From: a virus | IMG/VR virus record: IMGVR_UViG_3300005805_000046 | Location: 89,586-153,585 of that record | Reading direction: 5' to 3' (one strand) | DNA length: 64,000 nt | Shown: positions 1 to 8,267 of the stretch, one piece after another | Position numbering within the stretch: position 1 is the stretch's first letter | Layout: each line of letters starts with the position of its first letter | Position numbers and translations under genes: made by a program | The notes under the pieces: generated by a model | The model's database searches: none | Told to the model about the DNA's origin: nothing | Seen by the model: the letters and a program-made list of their open reading frames with translations, nothing else

Positions 1-672
1 CTTAACGTACCGACGAATATCGGCCTGATTAAAGTTCTTGCTAGCGAGGAATCGAAACTGTTCCGCAGTAGCCTCAAACTGGACATTAATGTTATCCATA
101 ATATCCCGCACTTGTTCCAGATTCTTTTGGCTGGAGCGAGTGTGTCGAATCCGAATCAATTGCGATCCGCTATTGCTATGGGCCATAGCCATCGTGTTAG
201 CACACACAACGCGAATCGGGGTATAGCCGACGCGAATTGCGGTTGTGCCATCATGGCTGTTAGACAGAAGGATAAACTTGGAAACCTCGTCACCCTTCAC
301 GATCTCGCTATTGTCACGGTTGAGTTGAGCGAGAACCCATACCTTTTGACCGCTATGGAGCGATCCGGCAGTATGGAGTTGGCACTCGTTAGCATCGAGA
401 AACGGCTGGAACCAATCGAAAGCATCGCTGTTTTGCAGCGGGGTATATCGCGGGCCAACAACACCCAAGATAGAATTGTCCGTCTTGCGATAGGTTGCAC
501 GAGCCGGAACCGGAGTACCTTCGCTCGTAAACAAATCCTTAAGACCAACCTCCCAGTCCAGACCAGCGGAGGTAATCGCCTCGCTAATCGTGGGAGCCTC
601 GTCCAACTGATTGCCAAGACCGTGCCACGGGGTAGCACCAACAAACATCATCTGTTCAACTGCATGAGCCAT
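1..672 (-). CDS. DUF932 / TIGR03299-like phage-plasmid protein (runs off left edge)
   Basis: Manual translation from ATG 672: MAHAVEQMMFVGATPWHGLG...AGLDWEV...LQNSDAFDWF...LLSNSHDGTTAIRVGYTPIRVVCANT; open to position 1. Missing from the ORF track because it has no stop in the window. Confidence 0.85.
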   Translation of the reverse strand, partial: MAHAVEQMMFVGATPWHGLGNQLDEAPTISEAITSAGLDWEVGLKDLFTSEGTPVPARATYRKTDNSILGVVGPRYTPLQNSDAFDWFQPFLDANECQLHTAGSLHSGQKVWVLAQLNRDNSEIVKGDEVSKFILLSNSHDGTTAIRVGYTPIRVVCANTMAMAHSNSGSQLIRIRHTRSSQKNLEQVRDIMDNINVQFEATAEQFRFLASKNFNQADIRRYVK

Positions 673-772
673 CTCATTGCCCTTTCGTGTTATCGTACTT
701 CGTTCAACTCCACTTATTCTACAGTATGTTATCGGCTTGTCAACAGGAAATCTTGCGAAAAAATTTTCTCGC

Positions 773-854
773 CGTAAGGTGTTGATGCGTAAGGGTTTGC
801 GTCACGCGGGGCCGCCCCGGCTCGCCCTAAGTCTTTGGCGGGCCTGGATTTAGG
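773..854. repeat. 82-bp double-palindrome element, copy 1
   Basis: cgtaaggtgttgatgcgtaagggtttgcg + 24-bp GC spacer + cctaagtctttggcgggcctggatttagg. Confidence 0.9.
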
Positions 855-1333
855 AACAGCGTGCCGAAATCACGTTCAAAAAGTTTAGCGTTATCGGTGT
901 TGTATGCACACTCATCCGGCATATAACAATAAACGCCAACACACTTGGATTTAGGACATTCTTCGTAGATGGTATTTTTAATAAATTTGATAGTAGAGCC
1001 AGAGCAAACCAGATCGTCAACAATAACGTATCTAAAAGGAATCACACCCTCTATAGCAAAATCACTATACGATTTTGTTTCTGGTTTTCTAATTACAACA
1101 ATGTGCTTATCTAGTAATTCTGCTATTTGCGGAACAACCATCAATCCACTAGTTCCGCAGCAAACAATACTATCGAACTGATTGCTAATCTTACGCAGGT
1201 CGCAAACAGCCTTTACAATAGCCCTATTTCTAATCTTGTGGTTCAATACCATGCAGGTGTGGCTAGCACCTTGTATAACCTTGCCATCTGCCATTACCCT
1301 GAAATCATCTATATTCTGATTCAGCGTATTCAT
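827..1333 (-). CDS. Type I phosphoribosyltransferase-domain protein
   Basis: PRPP-binding motif VIVDDLVCSGST, plus IVCCGTSG and VVIRK. Stop codon lies inside repeat copy 1. Confidence 0.8.
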   Translation of the reverse strand: MNTLNQNIDDFRVMADGKVIQGASHTCMVLNHKIRNRAIVKAVCDLRKISNQFDSIVCCGTSGLMVVPQIAELLDKHIVVIRKPETKSYSDFAIEGVIPFRYVIVDDLVCSGSTIKFIKNTIYEECPKSKCVGVYCYMPDECAYNTDNAKLFERDFGTLFLNPGPPKT

Positions 1334-1336
1334 AAG

Positions 1337-1423
1337 AGTGGATGGTGCGATTCGAACGCACTACTTTAGAAAAGAAAGAAAGAATTTATAGAAAAGAGTC
1401 TCGTCCCACCGAGATGCATCCAC
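1337..1423 (-). pseudogene. tRNA-like element lacking a paired anticodon arm
   Basis: Acceptor stem GTGGATG/CATCCAC, T-arm GTGCG-TTCGAAT-CGCAC, D-like hairpin TCTCG-GTGGGA-CGAGA; the anticodon region is an unpaired pyrimidine tract. Confidence 0.6.
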
Positions 1424-1427
1424 ATAG

Positions 1428-1616
1428 TTACTCGTCAACAATTTCATCTTCTACAGTATTGTACGAATTAACCCATTCATCAATGTCTTTATCGTCATTA
1501 ACTTCGTACAGTTCGTCCTCATTATAATCTTCTTCCTCTAGAAGATCATCAAATTCACTATTCATCATAGTTTGATAGTCGAACGGATAGTCTGTTTCTT
1601 CGTCATTGTAACGCAT
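1428..1616 (-). CDS. Small highly acidic hypothetical protein
   Basis: 62 aa, D/E-rich; AAGGAG RBS. Confidence 0.7.
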   Translation of the reverse strand: MRYNDEETDYPFDYQTMMNSEFDDLLEEEDYNEDELYEVNDDKDIDEWVNSYNTVEDEIVDE

Positions 1617-1668
1617 AAACTCACTCCTTTCTAATTCTAGAATACACCAAATGGGTCAACTTGTCAAG

Positions 1669-1742
1669 TGGGCCCCCTGGGACTCGAACCCAGAACCAAC
1701 AGATTAAAAGTCTGTTGCACTAACCAATTGTGCTAGAGGCCC
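1669..1742 (-). tRNA. tRNA-Lys(TTT)
   Basis: Cloverleaf; anticodon loop CTTTTAA; T-loop GTTCGAG; CCA not encoded. Confidence 0.92.
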
Positions 1743-1755
1743 ATCAGTAAGTATT

Positions 1756-1998
1756 TTACTTATAGTTGCCTATATAGTCAATAGCCTTACATTTACGCCA
1801 AGATACAGGAATACCGCCTTTAGGATAGTGATTAGTATTAACGTCGCTGCCGTCGCTTTGCTCGGGGGAATGGTCAACGAAATGAACAATATACGTTTTT
1901 GTAGCGCCCTGTCCATCAACCCCAACAACCCTAGCCCTGCTGGCAGTATACAAGCCAGTCTCATACCAGACTATATCGCCTTCCTGAAAGTTGTTCAT
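1756..1998 (-). CDS. Hypothetical protein
   Basis: 80-aa ORF between tRNAs; FQEGDIVW N-terminus typical of small phage beta-barrel proteins. Confidence 0.6.
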   Translation of the reverse strand: MNNFQEGDIVWYETGLYTASRARVVGVDGQGATKTYIVHFVDHSPEQSDGSDVNTNHYPKGGIPVSWRKCKAIDYIGNYK

Positions 1999-2155
1999 TC
2001 TGTTAATTTTCTTCCATATTGATTTGAGAATATCCTGTGATCATACCTAGTCCAATAATAATAATAAATAAAGTTGACAAATTCGCTATTCTCCAAGGTG
2101 CGGGTCGATCCTATATCAGTATACAGCAGTCTCCACAGTTGTCAAACATACACAG

Positions 2156-2226
2156 CAAAGGCGGAAGGAGTCGAACCTTCATCTACGGTTTTGGAGACCG
2201 TCATTCTACCGTTGAACTACGCCAAT
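2156..2226 (-). tRNA. tRNA-Trp(CCA), two acceptor-stem mismatches
   Basis: Anticodon arm ACGGT-CTCCAAA-ACCGT; T-arm GAAGG-TTCGACT-CCTTC; acceptor ATTGGCG/CGCCTTT. Confidence 0.8.
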
Positions 2227-2252
2227 GTCCGCAACTCTGCGTCAGCCTCCGA

Positions 2253-2339
2253 CGGAATCTGAGGGATTCGAACCCCCGGAGGATTTTAACCCTCGGCGGT
2301 TTAGTAAACCGCTGCCTTAAACCACTCGGCCAAGATTCC
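2253..2339 (-). tRNA. tRNA-Ser(ACT), long variable arm
   Basis: Acceptor GGAATCT/AGATTCC, discriminator G, anticodon arm GCGGT-TTACTAA-ACCGC, variable arm GAGG..CCTC. Confidence 0.88.
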
Positions 2340-2342
2340 AAA

Positions 2343-2414
2343 CTGCCCGACTAGGACTCGAACCTAGAACCTACAAATTAACAGTTTGCCGCACTACCAT
2401 TGTGCTATCGGGCA
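2343..2414 (-). tRNA. tRNA-Asn(GTT)
   Basis: Cloverleaf; anticodon loop CTGTTAA. Confidence 0.92.
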
Positions 2415-2419
2415 AAAAA

Positions 2420-2842
2420 TTATACCGCCACTTCCCTTGGCATAATCTTATAAGTCTTACTACGAATATCAGTGCTTGTCATATTATTCTCTATCTCAAA
2501 ATCCAAAATCTTTGCCATAACTATCAAGTCATCTGCTATTCTATTATAGTCTTTTTCGCAAGAACCAAATGCTACATTACTATTATAGTTCAAACAAGAA
2601 AGCAATTCGGCCGATATGTTCTCTATAGCAGCAAATTTCATTTTATAACCATATAGGTTAGATCTACTGTTATTAGTCATAAACTCATACATCATTATTC
2701 CCATATCGCTAATAGAATTATTAAAAGAACGAATAGTAACTTCATTCTTTTTGATAGTATCTATTCTTTGAGTCTCGTTCATCTTGGTGAGACCCCAACT
2801 GCCGATTTCTCTTGCCAAGTATATCGCATTACTTCCAAGCAT
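2420..2842 (-). CDS. Hypothetical protein
   Basis: Start moved to ATG 2842 (AAGGAG RBS) because the track start overlaps tRNA-Gln. Confidence 0.6.
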   Translation of the reverse strand: MLGSNAIYLAREIGSWGLTKMNETQRIDTIKKNEVTIRSFNNSISDMGIMMYEFMTNNSRSNLYGYKMKFAAIENISAELLSCLNYNSNVAFGSCEKDYNRIADDLIVMAKILDFEIENNMTSTDIRSKTYKIMPREVAV

Positions 2843-2860
2843 AATTATCTCCTTTATTAA

Positions 2861-2931
2861 TTCCGGGGCTAGGATTCGAACCCAGACAAAGAGAACCAAA
2901 ATCTCTGGTGCTACCGTTACACTACCCCGGA
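2861..2931 (-). tRNA. tRNA-Gln(TTG)
   Basis: Cloverleaf; anticodon loop TTTTGGT. Confidence 0.92.
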
Positions 2932-2932
2932 G

Positions 2933-3005
2933 AGCCGATGATAGGAGTCGAACCTACAACCCACGGTTTACAAAACCGTTGCTCTGCCATTGAAGCTACA
3001 TCGGC
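2933..3005 (-). tRNA. tRNA-Thr(TGT)
   Basis: Cloverleaf; anticodon loop TTTGTAA. Confidence 0.92.
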
Positions 3006-3009
3006 AATC

Positions 3010-3246
3010 CTACATATCATACTCTTGCTGCCAGCCCCTGTCAATGTCTCGTCGTGTTCGCTGTCGCTTGGGCCTGCTGTCCATAGTAGTATCCCGATAC
3101 TCCTTGTGTCCCGTAGGAGCCTCCCAAGGCTGCTTGACCTTGACTTTGATCTTGCCGTACTTGCGGCGTGGTCGGGTATCGTCGTTGTTGTGGAGCGTAA
3201 TCATGCCATTGTCCATTTTCGTGTAAGTAAAAAACCTTGTCAACAT
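3010..3246 (-). CDS. Small basic hypothetical protein (start uncertain)
   Basis: R/K-rich ORF overlapping the 3' end of 3041..3409 in another frame. Confidence 0.45.
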   Translation of the reverse strand: MLTRFFTYTKMDNGMITLHNNDDTRPRRKYGKIKVKVKQPWEAPTGHKEYRDTTMDSRPKRQRTRRDIDRGWQQEYDM

Positions 3247-3409
3247 TAGGGTCGTAAGCCATTAAGCAGTATTGTACTGGATAAACTACTTTTGTCAATA
3301 CTTCTTTTTTTGGTAGTTTGGGTATTTTTATATCACCCTTCTGATAGTCTTTTACACCATTATAGGCTAATCCTAATAGGGCAATAATAACCCCTATCCA
3401 CTGAATCAT
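3041..3409 (-). CDS. Hypothetical protein with N-terminal membrane anchor
   Basis: MIQWIGVIIALLGLAY; AGGGAG RBS. Confidence 0.6.
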   Translation of the reverse strand: MIQWIGVIIALLGLAYNGVKDYQKGDIKIPKLPKKEVLTKVVYPVQYCLMAYDPNVDKVFYLHENGQWHDYAPQQRRYPTTPQVRQDQSQGQAALGGSYGTQGVSGYYYGQQAQATANTTRH

Positions 3410-3477
3410 TCTTTCTCCCTTGCGTCTGATGAGCATACCATAGTTATCGGTAGTTGTCCACCCATTCTTTAGTTTTT

Positions 3478-3559
3478 CCTAAGTGGTTGAAATATAAGGG
3501 GTTACGATCAGCCGGGCCGGCCCCGCTCGCCCTAAGTGCTTACGCCCAAAGGGTTTGCG
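3478..3559. repeat. 82-bp double-palindrome element, copy 2
   Basis: cctaagtggttgaaatataaggggttacg + 24 bp + cctaagtgcttacgcccaaagggtttgcg. Confidence 0.9.
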
Positions 3560-3566
3560 GTTAGTT

Positions 3567-3809
3567 TTATTCGTCTTCTCTATTGATTTCCCAGCCGGCT
3601 AGTCTACATACTTTATTTAGTTTGATAACCTGCGTTAACTTATCGGCTGTAGTATAGTCTCTAAAACCACGCTCATCTATATAGAAGTATTCATCTAGAA
3701 CATCGAACTTATTGCTTTCGCCAAGAGTAGTTACTGCTGCCTCAAGAGGATTTTTACTTGTTGAGTAGATTAGTTCTAGCGTACCACATTTGACATAATA
3801 TTTAGACAT
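3567..3809 (-). CDS. Hypothetical protein
   Basis: MSKYYVKCGTLELI; start overlaps the upstream stop; GAGG RBS. Confidence 0.65.
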   Translation of the reverse strand: MSKYYVKCGTLELIYSTSKNPLEAAVTTLGESNKFDVLDEYFYIDERGFRDYTTADKLTQVIKLNKVCRLAGWEINREDE

Positions 3810-4395
3810 AACATTCCTCGCATTTAGGGCAGTCACAATAAGCATCATCAACGCCTTGATAGCAAACTTCTGGAAACATATCGTCGTCCGTATATCCGAT
3901 ACTTTCTCGTCCAAAGTCAATCGGAACTAATATCCTAGATTTGCCACGCCTAACATATCCAAAATTACCCTCATGGCAATCAGAGTATTCCACCCCGTAG
4001 TCGCTGATTTCTTCCAACAAATCAGATAAAACATAATAGTTAGAGCAACATCCAGAATCTATACAAGACCCCTCACACTCACTATTTCTACACACAAAAG
4101 GCTTTGCAATTTCGGTTAAGTAACCCCAATCGCTCAATACCATTTCTGTACGATATTTTATCTTATTGTTCTTGATGCCGTCTACAAAATAATTAGGAAC
4201 CCTGATCCTACACACAGGACTATAAACCTTCGGAGCAAGATATGGGGCCAAATGACTTTGAACAGCATGAGCAAACTCGGCCAAACTCTTATTAGGAAAA
4301 CTCTTGAAACCATATGGTTTTCCAGACAGTTTATAGAAAGAGTTCCTGCTACCACTATTCTCATACTTTCCAACATAACTAAATTTAGCAGCCAT
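3802..4395 (-). CDS. Protein kinase-like fold protein with Cys clusters
   Basis: Catalytic-loop-like DCHEGN, a DFG motif (PIDFG) and an N-lobe Lys (GFKSF). Confidence 0.6.
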   Translation of the reverse strand: MAAKFSYVGKYENSGSRNSFYKLSGKPYGFKSFPNKSLAEFAHAVQSHLAPYLAPKVYSPVCRIRVPNYFVDGIKNNKIKYRTEMVLSDWGYLTEIAKPFVCRNSECEGSCIDSGCCSNYYVLSDLLEEISDYGVEYSDCHEGNFGYVRRGKSRILVPIDFGRESIGYTDDDMFPEVCYQGVDDAYCDCPKCEECYV

Positions 4396-4403
4396 GATTA
4401 TTC

Positions 4404-5111
4404 CTAGTGAGCGGGAAACAGTACGTTAGCCAAACCCTTGACGCACATATCACAACTTATACTATCTTTCGTACCGGTGCAAGTGATAACCGAACGACCG
4501 CGACGAATTTCTGGACAAGTCACAAACTTCTCACCGTTCAGCACGACCAGTTTGGGCAACGCTTGCCGCCAAGCGTCGGCCTTAGCCTTGTTCTTTGGTC
4601 GCTTCGGGGCAATTTTCATATCGCTATCGCACCACGCAAACAACTTGAAGCCTTGATTCTTAGCCTCATTCATATCGTTATCGTCGTGAACACTAGCATA
4701 GACTGCCATATACTTTTCCAGAGCCACGAGCCGACTATCGTAGATATGAGTATAGAACCACATATCGGGCAGACTATCGCCACTAGCAAGAATACTCTCG
4801 CAAGCCCACGTTACATTATCAACGTAGTCTGTGTCAAGTTCACCATTGAGAAACCAATCGCCACGTTCATGCCAGCGGATAGATTTCTCACGCTTTTTTG
4901 CGTCAAGAATCATAGCACGGATTTTGTTTTTCTCCGTGATTACGTTAGCAAAACCAGCGACACGGGCGTTTTTGTACTGCCGTTCAGTACCTTCGGCATA
5001 ACAGCCGTTTCCGAGATAATCGCAATCGCTTGGGCAAGTATCGCCAACCGGACGCGAAACCACAATGCAACCCTTACCCAACTTATCATTACCGTCTGCG
5101 GTTTTCATCAT
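4404..5111 (-). CDS. GP88-like (gene product 88 family) Cys-rich protein
   Basis: TCPSDC..GCYA, IRWHERGD, WFYTH, C-terminal CP...C...CxxC. Confidence 0.65.
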   Translation of the reverse strand: MMKTADGNDKLGKGCIVVSRPVGDTCPSDCDYLGNGCYAEGTERQYKNARVAGFANVITEKNKIRAMILDAKKREKSIRWHERGDWFLNGELDTDYVDNVTWACESILASGDSLPDMWFYTHIYDSRLVALEKYMAVYASVHDDNDMNEAKNQGFKLFAWCDSDMKIAPKRPKNKAKADAWRQALPKLVVLNGEKFVTCPEIRRGRSVITCTGTKDSISCDMCVKGLANVLFPAH

Positions 5112-5190
5112 TCTTCTCCTAGCGTGTCTGATGATTCTACACTAGGTTATCGGTACTGTCAAGGCATTTTCTTGAAGAAATTATTTTTGA

Positions 5191-5272
5191 CGCAAGGTGT
5201 TGATACTAAAGGAGTTACGTCAAGCGGGGCCGCCCCCGCTCGCCCTAAGTCTTTATCCTCAAAGAGTTTAGA
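5191..5272. repeat. 82-bp double-palindrome element, copy 3
   Basis: cgcaaggtgttgatactaaaggagttacg + 24 bp + cctaagtctttatcctcaaagagtttaga. Confidence 0.9.
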
Positions 5273-5327
5273 AGCAGTTCACACATGCTTAAAAACTGCT
5301 CAGTAGTTTCTGCTTCGTTTTTCATAG

Positions 5328-5399
5328 TAGCCCCAAGAGGAATCGAACCTCTAACCAGTGCTTAGAAGGCACTTGTTATATCCATTTAACTATGGGGCC
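5328..5399 (-). tRNA. tRNA-Arg(TCT)
   Basis: Cloverleaf; anticodon loop CTTCTAA. Confidence 0.92.
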
Positions 5400-5402
5400 G
5401 TC

Positions 5403-5617
5403 AATGCCGCAGGCCCGCCACGGCGTCCCGTGCGGGTTATGCGGTTGATGGTGGAGCCACTTTACCATCGGTAATATACTAGCAGCAGACCCCTTCCCAG
5501 CAACCACGCTGGTTATCAGTTGGTTAGACTCTGCTAGGTGGGTATTTCCCACATCATTACGCGGGAGTTATCCCGCCGCACTATGCCTAAAATCTATTTA
5601 TACTGGCATAGTCCAGT
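5403..5617 (-). ncRNA. Candidate structured ncRNA upstream of tRNA-Arg
   Basis: Non-coding GC-rich stretch with at least 6 consecutive hairpins. Confidence 0.45.
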
Positions 5618-5625
5618 TGTGTCAA

Positions 5626-5874
5626 CTAGGCCGTAGCCTCTGCCGTCACCTTCGCGTTGTGAGCATCACCTGCCTGCTCGGCAGTCACGCCCGTCACCCT
5701 AGCACGCCACACCTTGTAGCCCTGCTCGCTAAAAGCCTTGATTTCCCCAGCCTTCACATTAGCGTGAACATCGCCAGGGAGCGAATCACTCAGGCACGAA
5801 CGAATCGAAGAAACAACCTCGTCACGATCCAGTTCATCAGCCACAACATCAACCACAAACGTAAACTTCTTCAT
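5626..5874 (-). CDS. Hypothetical protein
   Basis: 82-aa ORF with GAAAGGG RBS, downstream of promoter 6006-6033. Confidence 0.7.
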   Translation of the reverse strand: MKKFTFVVDVVADELDRDEVVSSIRSCLSDSLPGDVHANVKAGEIKAFSEQGYKVWRARVTGVTAEQAGDAHNAKVTAEATA

Positions 5875-6074
5875 TTGTAAACCCTTTCCAAAGTGTTATC
5901 GAACCAAGTAAACCAATTTTACCTAATCAGTCATCACTTGTCAAGAGTCTGCCAGATGGTTTCTGCTGTTTGGCATCTGCTGTCGTCTTGTCTTGTGATG
6001 CTATCAGTATACAATAGTTATCGGCACTGTCAACCCCATTCGTGAATCATTTTTTGAGATTTCCAAAAATTTGT

Positions 6075-6156
6075 TCTAAGTCATTGGTACATAACGAGTT
6101 ACGTCGAGCCGGGCCGGCTCCGTTTACCGTAAGTGCTTACGGCATAGGGGTTTAGG
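6075..6156. repeat. 82-bp double-palindrome element, copy 4
   Basis: tctaagtcattggtacataacgagttacg + 24 bp + cgtaagtgcttacggcataggggtttagg. Confidence 0.9.
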
Positions 6157-6528
6157 TCATGAGAGAAATCCCTGACAACCCAAAGCCACAAGATCGCGCA
6201 GCAACTTCTCGGCCGCTGCTGGTGTGGGCAGAGTCACGCTATTACGACCCTTGCCGTTTACAAAACGACAAAGGGTGTAATCATACGCACCCATCAGTTC
6301 ATCGCTCCAATCCTTCGACTCCTTCAAGCCCCATCCGGTAGCAAGCCGAATAGCCTTGATGGAAGCGATCCGGTTGTCGGTGGTCATTCCACCGGTAATG
6401 GTCACCGTTCGGTACTGATTCACGCCGAGAGCAACCTCAAAAGCGTTCACGATCCGCTCGTAAATATCCAGATTGCAGTTAGTCGCAAGATTCATGGCCT
6501 CACGAACCGTCAGTTCCAACTTAATCAT
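6157..6528 (-). CDS. Ribosomal protein bL12 (L7/L12) C-terminal-domain-like protein
   Basis: RIASIKAIRLATGWGLKESKDW resembles the bL12 CTD pattern KIxVIKxVRxxTGLGLKEAKDLV; ends AEKLLRDLVALG. Confidence 0.7.
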   Translation of the reverse strand: MIKLELTVREAMNLATNCNLDIYERIVNAFEVALGVNQYRTVTITGGMTTDNRIASIKAIRLATGWGLKESKDWSDELMGAYDYTLCRFVNGKGRNSVTLPTPAAAEKLLRDLVALGCQGFLS

Positions 6529-6529
6529 C

Positions 6530-6943
6530 TCAAATCCTTTCTTCCAAAACGTAAACTTGCTTGCCTTGTGTAATTAAAGTAGCGTATTCGCTATCGTCCC
6601 AAATGAACTCGTTGCTATCGCTTTCTCGTCGCCAGTGTGGATCACGAATCGGATTATAGTATACCTTTTCAAGATTGTCAACAGGCAAATCCTTGCGAAG
6701 CATTACTTCCTCACACCTCACCCATCCACTCACATCATGCACACCAGCCTCAAATACCTGTTTAGCCTTATTCGGCCTGTTCCACAATATACAACCCCTC
6801 ATTTCCAACTGATATTCTTTGGGGTCGTAATAGTATACATCAACAGTTTTTCCACCCTGCTTAATCTTAACTTGCCAATGCATATAATGATCCCCTTGGC
6901 TAAGATGGAATCTAACTTCGGCGTGTAGCGGTTTCGGTTTCAT
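6530..6943 (-). CDS. Hypothetical phage protein
   Basis: 137-aa ORF; ATG 7 nt after the -10 box. Confidence 0.7.
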   Translation of the reverse strand: MKPKPLHAEVRFHLSQGDHYMHWQVKIKQGGKTVDVYYYDPKEYQLEMRGCILWNRPNKAKQVFEAGVHDVSGWVRCEEVMLRKDLPVDNLEKVYYNPIRDPHWRRESDSNEFIWDDSEYATLITQGKQVYVLEERI

Positions 6944-6992
6944 ACTTATACTATACCTTATCGACCAAATCTTGTCAACACCTTTAGAAAAA

Positions 6993-7195
6993 GATACCTA
7001 TACTGGCCTACGTCCAGTGGCGTTTTAGACTCCCACCGCTTATAAGGTATCCGCATATTCGCTGACTACAGCCACACCAGCCGAATCCGAAGGATTAGGT
7101 CAGACAGATAGATTGGGTTATGCCATACTCGGCCTTGCATTTAACCGCGGCTTCTTTGATATCATTCTGCCAGCGGCCCTCATCTATCGTCTGCG
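6993..7195 (-). ncRNA. Candidate structured RNA with its own promoter (may also encode a 37-aa peptide, 7095..7208)
   Basis: Long-range stems 7101-7113/7182-7193 and 6993-6999/7045-7051; promoter at 7200-7227. Confidence 0.45.
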
Positions 7196-7255
7196 TTGTA
7201 GTATACATCTATTATCGGGAATGTCAATAGGAATCTTGAAAAAATATTTTTAAGG

Positions 7256-7337
7256 CGTAACCCATTGGTACATAAAGAGTTAGGGAAAGCGCGGCCCGCC
7301 CGATTTGCCCTAAGTCCTTTGGTGGTCAGGAGTTACC
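7256..7337. repeat. 82-bp double-palindrome element, copy 5
   Basis: cgtaacccattggtacataaagagttagg + 24 bp + cctaagtcctttggtggtcaggagttacc. Confidence 0.9.
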
Positions 7338-7451
7338 GATATACCACCAATGGCATTGTTGGCAAAATATCCAGATTATACCATTGTTATCATATTTCCA
7401 CAACAATTCGTCACAAGCCCCACACGGGCAAATATCACTAAGAGTTTTCAT
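7326..7451 (-). CDS. 41-aa zinc-ribbon-like microprotein
   Basis: MKTLSDICPCGACDEL...IFCQQCHWWYIGNS; stop lies inside repeat copy 5. Confidence 0.5.
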   Translation of the reverse strand: MKTLSDICPCGACDELLWKYDNNGIIWIFCQQCHWWYIGNS

Positions 7452-7611
7452 AAACTAACTTCACATACTTGTCCACAAGTTCGGATACTGCGATCTCATG
7501 AGTAGAAATAAGTTCTTTAATTTGGCTCACATTATGCTTATTTACAGCGGCCATTTTATTTCTGAAAAAACCCAGAATATAAACCATAGCCTTGTCTCTA
7601 TCTTCAGTCAT
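7438..7611 (-). CDS. Hypothetical protein
   Basis: MTEDRDKAMVYILGFF; start overlaps the upstream stop. Confidence 0.55.
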   Translation of the reverse strand: MTEDRDKAMVYILGFFRNKMAAVNKHNVSQIKELISTHEIAVSELVDKYVKLVYENS

Positions 7612-7921
7612 ACAAACCCCTAGTATATTCTTCTGGAATAATTGGACACCAACTCTTAGCCCGTTCCTCATCGTATGGAAGCCAGAACGGAGCATCACAA
7701 GCGTCACAAGTCCACGGTTTGGCTTGGTTGGTAAAAACGTGCTGGCAAATCTCTATCTCTTTATCTACAACCTTTTCATTATTTTCATTATAATAGTATG
7801 TTTCAATCTTGCGATCTGTATGATAAGAATAGTGACCAATCCCTATACCAATATTGGGACCAAAGTAATAAACCCTCTGCCCAACAGCAGGCGGATTCTT
7901 ATGAGAGTTATTCCACTCCAT
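7604..7921 (-). CDS. Hypothetical phage protein (DUF551-like N-terminus)
   Basis: MEWN...PPAVGQRV; AGGAG RBS. Confidence 0.6.
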   Translation of the reverse strand: MEWNNSHKNPPAVGQRVYYFGPNIGIGIGHYSYHTDRKIETYYYNENNEKVVDKEIEICQHVFTNQAKPWTCDACDAPFWLPYDEERAKSWCPIIPEEYTRGLYD

Positions 7922-7924
7922 TAT

Positions 7925-8158
7925 TTACCTACTCCTTCCAACAATTACACATTTCATACTAATATCACTATCAGTATACTTAACACACTCATGAGGTCCA
8001 TAATACCACTTATCTTCATCGTTCACATTCAATACAATATCCTCAGTTCTCAGGCTAAGGTCATTAAACCCACCCTCATAACCGAGAGTAAGAACCCGCA
8101 TATCGGACGGATAGTTCTTCAACTGCTCAATAAGTTCGTTAACGGTCATTATTTCCAC
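7925..8158 (-). CDS. Hypothetical phage protein
   Basis: MTVNELIEQLKNYPSDMRV, a common phage N-terminal motif. Confidence 0.7.
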   Translation of the reverse strand: MEIMTVNELIEQLKNYPSDMRVLTLGYEGGFNDLSLRTEDIVLNVNDEDKWYYGPHECVKYTDSDISMKCVIVGRSR

Positions 8159-8267
8159 CTAAAAGTAAATTTAGTAGCCTCATTATCACAAACGAAAGTG
8201 AAGTATGCTAGAAAGAACATGGTCAAAGATGGGAAAAATAGAATTATCTTACGAAAGATTCTCATGC

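Noticed and set aside
38-777. Track ORFs 38..226, 112..777 and 297..644
   Set aside because: Shadow frames of the DUF932-like gene at 1..672 on the minus strand.
2037-3249. Plus-strand ORFs across the tRNA cluster
   Set aside because: Antisense to tRNAs; translations are typical tRNA shadows.
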